A stretch of DNA of 64,000 bases from Aquificaceae bacterium (GTDB lineage: Bacteria; Aquificota; Aquificia; Aquificales; Aquificaceae). Where the stretch lies: positions 1 to 64,000 of the forward strand of contig JBEPZX010000008.1 in assembly GCA_041640635.1 (NCBI GenBank). The letters run 5' to 3'. Made by a program: the position numbers and the translations under genes. The notes under the pieces are model-generated. The model saw only the letters and a program-made list of their open reading frames with translations, had not been told where the DNA came from and did no database searches. Position 1 is the first letter of the stretch, and the number at the start of each line of letters is the position of its first letter. Below are positions 20,633 through 29,242 of the stretch, piece after piece.

Positions 20633-21880
20633 CTAATGAGTGGTACATACTGAACAAACATCAAAGCTTCTCAAAATTAACTGTGCACTCCATTCATCCT
20701 TAGCACTCAGCATAGCTTTTTCCGCCACACCTATATAGTTTTTACATCTAGGTCCAAGATTCCAAGCTGAAGGAGTTATTATCTTATAGTCTCTTATTGT
20801 GCCTTTCTTTATCCAAACCTTGTGCAAGAGAGTACCCCTAGCAGCTTCCACCAAAGCATATCCCACTCCGGAAAGATCCTTTACCTTTCCTCTCAACCAG
20901 GAAGGTTTGTTTAAATGGATCTCCAGTTGAATTAAGAGCTGATCCAGCTTTTCAATTAGGCTATGTATCTCATAGAGCCTTGCCAAAACTCTAACCATAA
21001 AGCTGTCTTTGTAAACCTTGAAAAGACTCATAACCTTCCTATCCTTTTGCTTTACAGCTCGAGCTATAGGTCCTACTTGGTAAGGAAGTCCCATATACCT
21101 AACAGTCAAAGCCCACGAATAAGCTAAAGGGTTTTTAGACTGAAAAGAGTAATCATCCCTTTCCTCTATTAAGTCCGGTTTTACAGTATCCTGTTTCTCT
21201 TCGTAGCAAACCTTGCAGTTTGCCAAAAAATGCGTATAAGAATTCCCAATATTCTCAAGACCGAACTCAAAGCACAGATCTTTAAAATTTTCTATGTCCT
21301 CATCGAGTATACAAATGTAACTTTTTGCCTTATTCAAAATCTCTGCGGCCCTTATTAAAGTGTGCTCGTCTACGTGACACGTAACTCCTCCAGGTACCAT
21401 ATAAGAACTGTGGGGCCACTGTCCAGAAAATAAGGCGTTCATTGTAACAAACAGATTGGAAAACTCTATAGCTTTTCTCCACTTTACACCTTTGAAGGGT
21501 TCATAGAAGGGGGAAAGTTCTTTCTTTTTGGTTACGAAGTCGGGCATAAGATACAAATAGAACCACTTGACGTGGTTTTGTAAAATCTCCGATATATTTG
21601 TGATGTCTCTTATAATTTTGGCTTTCTTGGTATGTTTTACTTTTAGAGCGTCTTCGATAGCTTCAACGGTAGCCCTTAAATGAGCATGTCCGCATATCCC
21701 ACAAACTCTAGGATTTATAACCAATGCATCCATATATGGTCTACCTATAAGAACTTTCTCTATTCCTCTGTAATCGTGAACACATACCTTGGCATCAATC
21801 ACTTTACCACCTTCTATTTGAAGATTTATACTTGCAGAACCTTCTATCCTCGTAAGCAAACTTTCTTTAACTACCCTCAT
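20633..21880 (-). CDS. [NiFe]-hydrogenase large subunit, group 2d-like, no C-terminal extension
   Basis: RIEG, RVCGICGHAH (L1), SFDVCSVCTTH-stop (L2). Confidence 0.92.
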   Translation of the reverse strand: MRVVKESLLTRIEGSASINLQIEGGKVIDAKVCVHDYRGIEKVLIGRPYMDALVINPRVCGICGHAHLRATVEAIEDALKVKHTKKAKIIRDITNISEILQNHVKWFYLYLMPDFVTKKKELSPFYEPFKGVKWRKAIEFSNLFVTMNALFSGQWPHSSYMVPGGVTCHVDEHTLIRAAEILNKAKSYICILDEDIENFKDLCFEFGLENIGNSYTHFLANCKVCYEEKQDTVKPDLIEERDDYSFQSKNPLAYSWALTVRYMGLPYQVGPIARAVKQKDRKVMSLFKVYKDSFMVRVLARLYEIHSLIEKLDQLLIQLEIHLNKPSWLRGKVKDLSGVGYALVEAARGTLLHKVWIKKGTIRDYKIITPSAWNLGPRCKNYIGVAEKAMLSAKDEWSAQLILRSFDVCSVCTTH

Positions 21881-22715
21881 CCTTTAGTCTCTCCGGTGTG
21901 AAGGTCTTAGCTATACCTGACATGAGGATGTAAGCTCTCTTTGAAACTCCAATGGGAAGGTCTACGGGAATCCCCATGTAAGTTTTCGTTTCAAATAACC
22001 CTTCACGTGGAAAGTCTAACTCTGTACAACCAAAGCAAGGTGTTCCAGCACGCGTCTTCGAGTTAACACCGTTCCAAAGGTACCTGTTGCAGGAAGCATG
22101 TGTCATTGGTCCTCTACAACCTTGCAAATAAAAGAGACAACCCACTTTAGAACCAAAACCTTTGGCTTCTACCTTCCATTCGAAATACTCGTTTCTCATA
22201 CATCCCCAATGCACAAAATCCGAATAATATATCAGTGGTCTCCTGTATTGGTCAAGCTTTAGATTCATGTCTTTTCTAACAGCCATTAGTGTACCGCATA
22301 TCCATTCTGGGTTAGCAGGACACCCGGTAAGGTTTATAACTTTATTTTCATCCTCTATAACGTTCGATCTTTCTTTAAATCTGTAAAGAACTCCGCATAC
22401 TTCTTTATTCTTGAGCGCTGGAATGTTTCCATAAACCGCACAGTTTCCTACCGCCACTATACACTTGGATCTTTCCGCCAAAAGCTTAAACGTTTCCCTA
22501 TGCCTACCATCTAAAGCCCCTTCTAATACAAGCACATCCAAGGACAAGGATCCCTTTAAAATATCCTTTAATGTATCATCAAGCACATGACTTATTGAAA
22601 AAGCAGGATGGAAAATTACGTCGTATTCATCAAGTACCCATAAACTTTTTTCCAAAGATAGAAAGGAATGGGTATTACCACAACATGTGAGCGCCTGATA
22701 CCATAAAAGCTTCAT
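21867..22715 (-). CDS. [NiFe]-hydrogenase small subunit, cytoplasmic (no Tat signal)
   Basis: LLWYQALTCCGN, GNCA, GCP, HWGC, GCLF..GCRGP, CFGC. Confidence 0.92.
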   Translation of the reverse strand: MKLLWYQALTCCGNTHSFLSLEKSLWVLDEYDVIFHPAFSISHVLDDTLKDILKGSLSLDVLVLEGALDGRHRETFKLLAERSKCIVAVGNCAVYGNIPALKNKEVCGVLYRFKERSNVIEDENKVINLTGCPANPEWICGTLMAVRKDMNLKLDQYRRPLIYYSDFVHWGCMRNEYFEWKVEAKGFGSKVGCLFYLQGCRGPMTHASCNRYLWNGVNSKTRAGTPCFGCTELDFPREGLFETKTYMGIPVDLPIGVSKRAYILMSGIAKTFTPERLKDEGS

Positions 22716-23422
22716 GCACTTTTCCTAGATACCACATGTGTTCGAAGATAGTTCAACCAATCCTGGAAACCTTCACCAGTCTTAGAAGAAAGCAGTATAA
22801 CCTGCGCTTTTGGGTTCACTTTTCTTAAAGAACTTACAGCATAGCTAACATCAAAACCCGTATAGGGTATTAAGTCTGTTTTGCTAATTATTACTAAATC
22901 GGCTTTTCTAAACATCACCGGGTATTTTTCGGGTTTGTCCTCTCCTTCCGTAGAGGAAAGAAGTGCCACATTGAGATGCACACCCAAATCGTAGGAAGCT
23001 GGACAAACCAAGTTGCCTACGTTTTCTATAAAGACAATATCCAGATTTTCCAAAGGCATATGGTGTATACCTTCATGGACCATAAAAGCATCCAGATGAC
23101 AAGCTCCACCAGTAGTTATCTGGTAAGCTGGTGCGCCTTTGGCTTTTATCCTTTGCGTATCCTTGTCGGTCTCCAAATCACCCTCAATAACACCTATCTT
23201 TATCTCATCTCCTAACTCTTCTATGGTTCTCTCCAATAAGCTCGTTTTACCAGCACCTGGAGAACTCATTAAATTTATGGCTAAAACCCCGTGCTCATCA
23301 AAGTGTTCCAAGTTTGACCTTGCTTGTCTATCATTGGCTGATAACACCTTATCCATAACCTCAAGACTCTTTATTTCCCTATGATCATGGTGATTTGCTC
23401 CACAGCCACACTCTGTACACAT
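22712..23422 (-). CDS. hypB: hydrogenase nickel GTPase HypB
   Basis: MCTECGC N-terminus, SSPGAGKT, ACHLDA, ENVGNLVCP. Confidence 0.96.
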   Translation of the reverse strand: MCTECGCGANHHDHREIKSLEVMDKVLSANDRQARSNLEHFDEHGVLAINLMSSPGAGKTSLLERTIEELGDEIKIGVIEGDLETDKDTQRIKAKGAPAYQITTGGACHLDAFMVHEGIHHMPLENLDIVFIENVGNLVCPASYDLGVHLNVALLSSTEGEDKPEKYPVMFRKADLVIISKTDLIPYTGFDVSYAVSSLRKVNPKAQVILLSSKTGEGFQDWLNYLRTHVVSRKSA

Positions 23423-23441
23423 GTCAACCCCCTTATAGTTA

Positions 23442-23467
23442 ATGAACATTCATATAATATATTATAT
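23442..23467 (-). promoter_or_regulatory. hypB promoter -10 plus inverted-repeat operator
   Basis: ATGAA-CA-TTCAT (23442-23453) adjoining 16-bp palindrome ATATAATATATTATAT that contains minus-strand TATAAT. Confidence 0.6.
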
Positions 23468-23473
23468 ACCTTT

Positions 23474-24076
23474 TTAAATCTTTAGGGCTTTCCATAGTGT
23501 ATCCGCTAGCTCTTCAGCGTAGTCCATAAGATCCTTATCCAAGGTTCCTTCACCACTTAAGAATACAAGCCCTCCCATGGATCCCATTAATGTGGTGAAA
23601 GCTACAAAAAAGTCCATATTTCTTAATTCACCTCTCTCTACACCGTTAAGCAAGAGAACCATTATTTCTGTAACTACCTCACCTACGCACGCAAATCCTC
23701 TGCAGTCCTCTAAGAAAACTTCCCTGTTTGCCAAAAATACTCTTAAAAAGTACTCTATGAGTTCCGGTTCCTCTTTGGATATTCGGAAGAAAGCTTTTGT
23801 AAGCTGCTCTATTTTTTGCTTAGTTGGCATATCTGCCTCATTTATTTCCCTAAATTTCTCAGCTATCCAAGAAGAAACCGTAAGCATTATAGTTTTAGCG
23901 AGCTCTTCCTTTGATCTAAAGTAGTTGTATATGTTGCCTACGCTCATATTAAGCTCGTTAGCTATATCGGGTATTGTAGTGTTGTAGTAACCTTTTTTGG
24001 AAAATAGCCTACAGGCGGTTCTTATTATCTCGATCTTTTTTCTTTCTTTTATTTTTTGTTTGAGAGCATCTTTCAT
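23474..24076 (-). CDS. TetR/AcrR family regulator
   Basis: LFSKKGYYNTTIPDIA..SVGNIYNYFRSKEEL; start MKDALK preferred. Confidence 0.93.
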   Translation of the reverse strand: MKDALKQKIKERKKIEIIRTACRLFSKKGYYNTTIPDIANELNMSVGNIYNYFRSKEELAKTIMLTVSSWIAEKFREINEADMPTKQKIEQLTKAFFRISKEEPELIEYFLRVFLANREVFLEDCRGFACVGEVVTEIMVLLLNGVERGELRNMDFFVAFTTLMGSMGGLVFLSGEGTLDKDLMDYAEELADTLWKALKI

Positions 24077-24123
24077 AATACTATAATTTAAACCAAAGGT
24101 CAATAAGCCTATTATTAATAACT

Positions 24124-24327
24124 ATGAAGATCTATGTAACTTACAGGGGAAAAGAAATGGAGCTGTTTGTGAATCAAGAAAAGGTCAGAATCAGTGATGT
24201 TCTTAAGATTTTAAACCTTTCTAGAGAATACGTTTTTGTTGTAAGAGACAACGAAGTTTTAGACCCAAAGGATGAGCTAAAAGATGGAGAAAAAATAAGA
24301 GTTATAAACGCCATTTCTGGCGGATGA
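24124..24327 (+). CDS. ubiquitin-like sulfur carrier (TtuB/ThiS/MoaD family)
   Basis: 67 aa ending ISGG. Confidence 0.85.
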   Translation: MKIYVTYRGKEMELFVNQEKVRISDVLKILNLSREYVFVVRDNEVLDPKDELKDGEKIRVINAISGG

Positions 24328-25272
24328 CTACCTCTCCAGCTCTTCCGGATAAGGATTCAGGTAAGTTTGCGATAGTATATACTCATCATCAAACCTGTAA
24401 GCCCAGTTTCTCAACATCTCCCTAGGGACGCTTATGGGGAATTGTCCTTTTCTAAACTTCTCCAAAATATCCAGGAAATGGCTCTTTTCTTTACGTGTTA
24501 AGAAATCAGACAAGTGTCCAAGTATGTGCATAAAGGTGTTTACATGAGAGCCAACACCGGCTCTCTTCATAAATGCCTTTCTGAACATAGCCTCATACTC
24601 AAGTTTGATCCGCTCTAAGCTTTCATCTTTTTTATATTGAGCTAAGAGATTTCCCATCCTCTTCAAAAGCATTGGACTACGGGATAGCAGGGCATACTTG
24701 TACATCCTGTGAAAGTTCATTAAGTCCGTTATACCTTTAGCTTCCTTGGCGTATGCTCTCCAGTGGGCTGATGCAAAGATGTATGAAAGGAAGGTATCCC
24801 TTATCTGATGGTTGTGTAAGCGTCCTTCATCCTCAACGGGAAGGTCACCGTATGCTTTTAGCACCTCCATAGCAAATATACCTTTACCCTTCCCGTAAAA
24901 TTCCTTTGCATCTCTGTCTTTGTAAACTTTGGTGTTGGAAACACCGCAGGAAGGTGACTTACTCTTTAACAAAAACCCGTCCACTTGAGGTAAGGACTCT
25001 AAAAAAGTATGAGAGAACTCTAAAAGTTTTTCTGTTAAGTCTCTACCCGTAGCAGGCTGAAAAACCCTATAATCTCCGTTTTCTATGTATACATGAATCT
25101 TACTTCTGGGCACACCAAGACCTATGCCAACCTCTGGGCATACGGGAATGATCTGACAGTACTGTCTTAGCTTTACGACGAATTCATCTCTTACTATCTC
25201 TCCGTTGTATCTTACCGGTTGCAAATCAAGGCATGCACTCAGAACCAAGAGAGGTTTTTCAAAAGTTCTCAT
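24328..25272 (-). CDS. DUF523 (TudS-like 2-thiouracil desulfidase) + DUF1722 fusion
   Basis: SACL..RYNG, CPE..GLGVPR, KSKSPSCG, EDEGRL, C-terminal YLNPYP. Confidence 0.88.
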   Translation of the reverse strand: MRTFEKPLLVLSACLDLQPVRYNGEIVRDEFVVKLRQYCQIIPVCPEVGIGLGVPRSKIHVYIENGDYRVFQPATGRDLTEKLLEFSHTFLESLPQVDGFLLKSKSPSCGVSNTKVYKDRDAKEFYGKGKGIFAMEVLKAYGDLPVEDEGRLHNHQIRDTFLSYIFASAHWRAYAKEAKGITDLMNFHRMYKYALLSRSPMLLKRMGNLLAQYKKDESLERIKLEYEAMFRKAFMKRAGVGSHVNTFMHILGHLSDFLTRKEKSHFLDILEKFRKGQFPISVPREMLRNWAYRFDDEYILSQTYLNPYPEELER

Positions 25273-25721
25273 TTTTCCACTTTTAGATACAAGAGCATGT
25301 ATCCATTTTTGAAAAAGTATCGAGAGATTATTACCCTATCTTTAAACTGCTTAGGTATTTTTTCATACAAATTTGTGTTTTTTATAACTTCCCAAAGGTT
25401 CATGCATGCAAATTCCGAGTCCTGCTTAAGAACGTTTTCAAATTCTCCCAATACAGACGGAGTTAAGATGTAGGCTTTTATACATCTTATTTGATCTTCT
25501 TTTTTGTTGTAGACATTTTTTGTGTCTTCTCTTAAACGCAGTTCTAACTTTTTCTTAAAAAGAAATGCTCTTTTGTGTTTAGTTATCCTTAATAATCCAT
25601 CATTTATGTAAAAGTCATAATCTTTAAAAACCTTCTTAAGATCTTCCGGTGTAATTTTTAGCTCTACTTCTGCATCCAAAAGATTTCCAAAGTTGATTAA
25701 GTCCTCTGCAAATATACCCAT
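25269..25721 (-). CDS. hypothetical protein
   Basis: 150-aa ORF, translationally coupled to the downstream gene. Confidence 0.7.
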   Translation of the reverse strand: MGIFAEDLINFGNLLDAEVELKITPEDLKKVFKDYDFYINDGLLRITKHKRAFLFKKKLELRLREDTKNVYNKKEDQIRCIKAYILTPSVLGEFENVLKQDSEFACMNLWEVIKNTNLYEKIPKQFKDRVIISRYFFKNGYMLLYLKVEK

Positions 25722-25743
25722 CCACTAAGAAAGATATGAAACA

Positions 25744-25890
25744 AAAATACCATGTCAAGGTGAACTGCTCCCACCTGTGGAGGTGGAGGCTTCCTGCTTC
25801 AACGAGCGTTTTTCGCACTCTCCACAGGCGTAACTTCGGGCTGTCCCAGCCCTACGTAAAGCAAGCCAAAATTTCTCAAATTCGTAGCAG
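25744..25890 (-). ncRNA. putative omegaRNA/reRNA (scaffold overlapping tnpB 3' end plus flanking guide)
   Basis: inferred from known TnpB biology; 5' boundary not determinable from sequence. Confidence 0.55.
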
Positions 25891-26938
25891 CATTAATGTC
25901 TCTGTCATGAATAGTCTTACAATGTGGACATTCCCATTCTCTGTCTGAAAGTTTCAAATCACTATAAACATACCCACACACGCTACATGTTTTTGAGGAA
26001 GGATAGAACCTGTCCACTTTTATGAGGGTTCGGTTATACCACTTAGCCTTATACTCCAAGTATTGTAAAAATGTAGTCCATGAGCTGTCCAAAATGTGTT
26101 TAGCTAAGTGTGTTTGGGAAAGACCCTTTACGTTCAAGCTTTCCACCACCACGACTTGGCTCTCGTCTATGATGGCTTTGGAAAGCTTGTGCAAAAAGTC
26201 CCCCCTTGAATTCTGTATATACTCAAATTCTTTTGCAATTTGTATTCTATTTTTCTCCCAATTTTGTGAACCCTTTTGCTTCCTTGCTAAAGCCCTTTGC
26301 AATCTTTTTAGCCTCTTTTCAGCCTTGATAAGATACTTAGGAGACTCAACCTTTATAATCCCTTTGTCCGTTACTATTGTAGCAAAGCTTTTAAGTCCTA
26401 CATCTATACCACATACCAGATTTTGTGGCTTTTTTACCTTATTTCTCGTATCTTGCACTTCCACTAAAATGCTTGTGTAATATTTCCCTGCTTTCGTCTT
26501 TACAATTGTTACGGACTTTATCCTACCTTCAAACTTTCTATGAAAACGGACTTTTACTCCTGTTTTGAGTTTAGGTAAGTAAATAAGCCCTTTCTCAAAA
26601 TCTACTTTGCAGTTGTTTGTAGTATACGATTGTTTGTCTTTTTTTCTTTTGAGTTTTGGCAATCCAAAATGCTCTTTATTTTTGAAATAATTTCTAAATG
26701 TTTGTTCTAATTGCAACTGAACATTAGCCAGAGCAAGACTGTCTAATTCTTTCAGGAAAGGATGGTCCTGTTTATACTTTGCTGGAGTTATGCGTGGAAT
26801 GGATTTCTTTTCTTTTAATGCTTGTAATTTTTCTTCAAGCAGTTTGTTCCACACAAACCTGCAACAACCAAAGGTTTTTTCAAAAAATTCTTTTTGTGCT
26901 TCATCAGGATATGCTGGGTATTTATAAGCTTTTAGCAT
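25799..26938 (-). CDS. tnpB: RNA-guided endonuclease TnpB
   Basis: FGCCRFVWN, RuvC GIDVG / VVESL / DRDINAA, zinc ribbon CSVC..CPHC. Confidence 0.95.
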   Translation of the reverse strand: MLKAYKYPAYPDEAQKEFFEKTFGCCRFVWNKLLEEKLQALKEKKSIPRITPAKYKQDHPFLKELDSLALANVQLQLEQTFRNYFKNKEHFGLPKLKRKKDKQSYTTNNCKVDFEKGLIYLPKLKTGVKVRFHRKFEGRIKSVTIVKTKAGKYYTSILVEVQDTRNKVKKPQNLVCGIDVGLKSFATIVTDKGIIKVESPKYLIKAEKRLKRLQRALARKQKGSQNWEKNRIQIAKEFEYIQNSRGDFLHKLSKAIIDESQVVVVESLNVKGLSQTHLAKHILDSSWTTFLQYLEYKAKWYNRTLIKVDRFYPSSKTCSVCGYVYSDLKLSDREWECPHCKTIHDRDINAATNLRNFGLLYVGLGQPEVTPVESAKNAR

Positions 26939-27338
26939 TTCTTTTCTTACCTTGATTTTGAATGTATCTTTTAATTACCTCAACTGTAACTCCACCGCTT
27001 GTCAGTAAACAATAACTTCTTGACCAAAAATATTTCTCCCACAGCTTTTGCCTAATTTCGGGAAACTCCTTTTTTATAAGCCTTGAAGAAGCACTTTTAT
27101 AAGCATTTATAAACTTGGAGAGAGGGGTTGTAGGGGTTGCTTTGAATAAAATGTGCACATGGTCCTTATCATAATTCTACTCAAGCAGAGTTATATTGTA
27201 ATTGGTTTGAATGTATTCAAAAATTTCTTTTAACCTTTTTGAAATTTTCTCATTTATTACCTCTCTTCTGTATTTTGTTACTAAAATCAAATGGTAGAAA
27301 AGTAAGAATACTGAATGTTTGTTTGTGTCAAATTTCAT
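26922..27338 (-). pseudogene. tnpA: IS200 Y1 transposase TnpA with in-frame amber stop
   Basis: YHLILVTKYR..LLE*NYDKDHVHILF..FWSRSY..RYIQNQ; TAG at 27177-27179 in one continuous frame. Confidence 0.92.
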
Positions 27339-27354
27339 CCTTGTAATTAGGATT

Positions 27355-27383
27355 ATTATATACCGAAACTGAATACTTGTCAA
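27355..27383 (-). promoter_or_regulatory. consensus sigma70 promoter of tnpA-tnpB
   Basis: TTGACA-17 nt-TATAAT on minus strand. Confidence 0.85.
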
Positions 27384-27448
27384 CCGCAATTCATCTCCAG
27401 CTTCTAGACCCTGGAGACTTCTTGCGAAAAAATGTTAAAATATCATAT

Positions 27449-28168
27449 GTGTATAAAAAGTACATATACACACTACCTTCCCAAGATTTTTATGACCTTT
27501 TAGTTGAGAAATCCATAGGTGTTGAGATACTTCAAGAGAGTGAGCAGGTAATCTTTGCTACATACGAACCTTTAGAAAATCTAACTCCCATAAAAGTGGA
27601 AGAGGTAAAATTCATAAACCCAAAGGAATCCTTTAGACCCATTTTTATAGAAAGCTTTGTTATATGTCCACCATGGACTGTGCCTATCGTTATAAATCCC
27701 GCATCATCCTTTGGAACAGGAAAACATCCTACAACACAAATAGCATTGAAACTAATATCCAAATACTACAAAAAAGGGTGGTCCGCTATAGATGTAGGTT
27801 GCGGAAGCGGTATTCTTTCTGTAGCTTTAAAAAAACTGGGTTGTAAGAAATTGTTAGCAATAGATACAGACAAAAAGGCTATAAAGGAGTGTAAGAAAAA
27901 CGCCAAGCTAAACGCTGTTAACGTAACTTGCAAAAACTTGAATGTAAATAAGGTAAAAGAAAGCTTTGATTTCTTGGTTGCAAACCTCGAGATAAGTATA
28001 TTCAAAGAACACATGGAAAGTCTTATAGGTATGTTTAAAAAGATTGGTATTTTTTCTGGTCTTTACAAAAAACAAGACCTTGAGGAGTTTCTAAAGCTTG
28101 CAAAAGGTTTGGAAATCCTAGACGTGCAAAAAAACAATAACTGGTACGGAGTTGTGCTTAAGAAGTGA
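27449..28168 (+). CDS. prmA: ribosomal protein L11 methyltransferase
   Basis: SFGTGKHPTT, DVGCGSGILS; GTG start at 27449 (upstream extension lies in the IS). Confidence 0.88.
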   Translation: MYKKYIYTLPSQDFYDLLVEKSIGVEILQESEQVIFATYEPLENLTPIKVEEVKFINPKESFRPIFIESFVICPPWTVPIVINPASSFGTGKHPTTQIALKLISKYYKKGWSAIDVGCGSGILSVALKKLGCKKLLAIDTDKKAIKECKKNAKLNAVNVTCKNLNVNKVKESFDFLVANLEISIFKEHMESLIGMFKKIGIFSGLYKKQDLEEFLKLAKGLEILDVQKNNNWYGVVLKK

Positions 28169-29241
28169 GGTCAAGGGTAAGATACAGGTTACAAGGAAAA
28201 AAGGAAAGGAATACACATATAAGTGTTATAAGAAGGTTTACCATTTTGGCTTTGGTAGGTATCATGATTTACACCGTAGGATTGTTTTTGCTAGAAAAAC
28301 CTAAAGTGTTGAATACACGTGACTTTGAAATTATACCTGCCAAGGGTGAAAAGGTTCTTAAACTTCAAAACATATTTGGTTCAACAAAACTTGATATACA
28401 AGTAATACAAGGTAATAAAGTTTATAAGGTATTGTCCAAGAATGTAAATCAAAGAGAGCAAGAGTTAACACTCCACATAGATACGCTATCTGCAGGTATG
28501 AAAGAAGGACCAGCAAAGGTAGTTATAAAGCTAAAACATAACGTATTTCTAACGAAGAGCTACAGCATAAACAGTTACATAGACACAAAAGCCCCTCATA
28601 TAGAGCTTATATCATTAACGAACCCTGTTAAGCAAGGTCTTACAGGTGTTATAAAGCTAAGAATAGAAGATGCAGATAAAGCATACCTAAAAATAAACAG
28701 TAAAGAATATAAACTTTACTCTGTGGATAATCTTCATTACCTCGCTTTGTTTCCAGTAGAAGTTTCTGGTGTTTTGGACCTAAAAGTTCTTGCTGTTGAT
28801 AAAGCGGGAAATGTCTCACAGAAGGATTTTACATTGAAAGCTCTCTCGTTCAGTAACACTAAAAGTGTCTCTGAGCTTCAAGAAGGTGAAAATTTAGCAT
28901 ACAAAAGTGAGCCTAGAAAACTGTGGGAAGGTAGCTTCTTAAAACCTAATAAAAATAATAGCATTGTTGCCGCAAATAACGGAGTAGTTATTTCCATCCG
29001 CAAAAATCAGGATAACACACAAACACTCATCATAGATCATGGTCTTGGCTTAATGAGTATTTATAAATTTTTGACTCAGGTTAATGCTAAAGAAGGAGAA
29101 TATGTAAAAAAAGGTTATAATATTGGCAAAGCCTCAAAAAATTTTCATTTTGGTATATTGGTTCAAGGTAAAGAAGTGGAAGTTTCACCTTGGTTTGATA
29201 ACAGATGGACTTATGAAAACATAGAGAACTTTCTGAATTAA
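28165..29241 (+). CDS. membrane-anchored M23-like protein with degenerate metal site
   Basis: N-terminal TM, DKAGN Ig-like motif, AANNGVV, IIDHGLG, VKKG. Confidence 0.75.
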   Translation: MRSRVRYRLQGKKERNTHISVIRRFTILALVGIMIYTVGLFLLEKPKVLNTRDFEIIPAKGEKVLKLQNIFGSTKLDIQVIQGNKVYKVLSKNVNQREQELTLHIDTLSAGMKEGPAKVVIKLKHNVFLTKSYSINSYIDTKAPHIELISLTNPVKQGLTGVIKLRIEDADKAYLKINSKEYKLYSVDNLHYLALFPVEVSGVLDLKVLAVDKAGNVSQKDFTLKALSFSNTKSVSELQEGENLAYKSEPRKLWEGSFLKPNKNNSIVAANNGVVISIRKNQDNTQTLIIDHGLGLMSIYKFLTQVNAKEGEYVKKGYNIGKASKNFHFGILVQGKEVEVSPWFDNRWTYENIENFLN

Positions 29242-29242
29242 C

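Larger units (their letters stand above)
25760..27434 (-). mobile_element. IS200/IS605-family element (tnpA-tnpB)
   Basis: left-end hairpin CTCCAG..CTGGAG (~27395-27416); right end GAAGCCTCCACC..GGTGGGAGCAGTTCAC ending at 25760; left boundary inferred after TTTAA. Confidence 0.88.

Noticed and set aside
27177..27179. Programmed readthrough or pyrrolysine at the tnpA TAG
   Set aside because: No supporting machinery seen; a single TGG>TAG nonsense change is simpler.
27377..27448. N-terminal extension of prmA
   Set aside because: Mostly translates the IS left end; GTG at 27449 is the plausible start.
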